Below, in pieces: positions 63,940-64,000 of a DNA stretch of 64,000 bases. Origin of the DNA: Thermostichus sp. DRC_bins_24 (lineage in GTDB: Bacteria; Cyanobacteriota; Cyanobacteriia; Thermostichales; Thermostichaceae). Location of the stretch: NCBI GenBank assembly GCA_039794845.1, contig JAUQVK010000006.1:1-64000 (forward strand). Direction: 5' to 3'. Numbering within the stretch: the stretch's first letter is position 1; each line of letters opens with the position of its first letter. A program made the position numbers and the translations under genes. The notes under the pieces were generated by a model. That model saw nothing but the letters and a program-made list of their open reading frames with translations. It did not search any database and was not told the origin of the DNA.

Positions 63940-64000
63940 GGGCGGTACGAGTGCCGGTGGGTAGCTCCACCACTTGTTCCCTCAACCCCGGGGATAACAA
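63929..64000 (-). CDS. Possible 3' end of an upstream gene (cut by window edge)
   Basis: Open frame ...LLSPGLREQVVELPTGTRTAHGD* from the edge to a TGA at 63929. Confidence 0.3.
   Translation of the reverse strand: MLSPGLREQVVELPTGTRTAHGD

Overview
Chromosomal segment of a cyanobacterium, most likely from the thermophilic hot-spring Synechococcus/Thermostichus lineage. This is inferred from the gene content and from the very frequent palindrome GGGATCCC, which takes the place of canonical HIP1 (GCGATCGC). Most of the window is housekeeping genes (acnB, hisA, rsmB, hemB, glyA, rpe, topA, rpsA, obgE, prs, purM), transporters and three small photosystem genes (psbI, psaM, psbY), two of which are absent from the ORF track. 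Points of interest: (i) a 4.4 kb cluster with a stand-alone phycobilisome-linker-domain gene divergent from a 2Fe-2S ferredoxin, two V4R proteins, two phycobiliprotein/globin-fold proteins and a short motif-repeat protein, resembling a reduced and rearranged Synechocystis slr0144-0152 'Pap' operon; (ii) a membrane hybrid kinase carrying a two-Cys DXCF cyanobacteriochrome GAF; (iii) a decayed island at tRNA-Pro(CGG) with an integrase arm-domain remnant, an orphan gene broken by an exact 14-bp tandem duplication, and a macro-domain gene; (iv) a window-wide pattern of two-copy 9-15 bp tandem duplications, often at stop codons; (v) a response regulator with a His-less pseudo-DHp and a C-terminal HTH-like module. 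All calls come from motif recognition only; no database searches were run.
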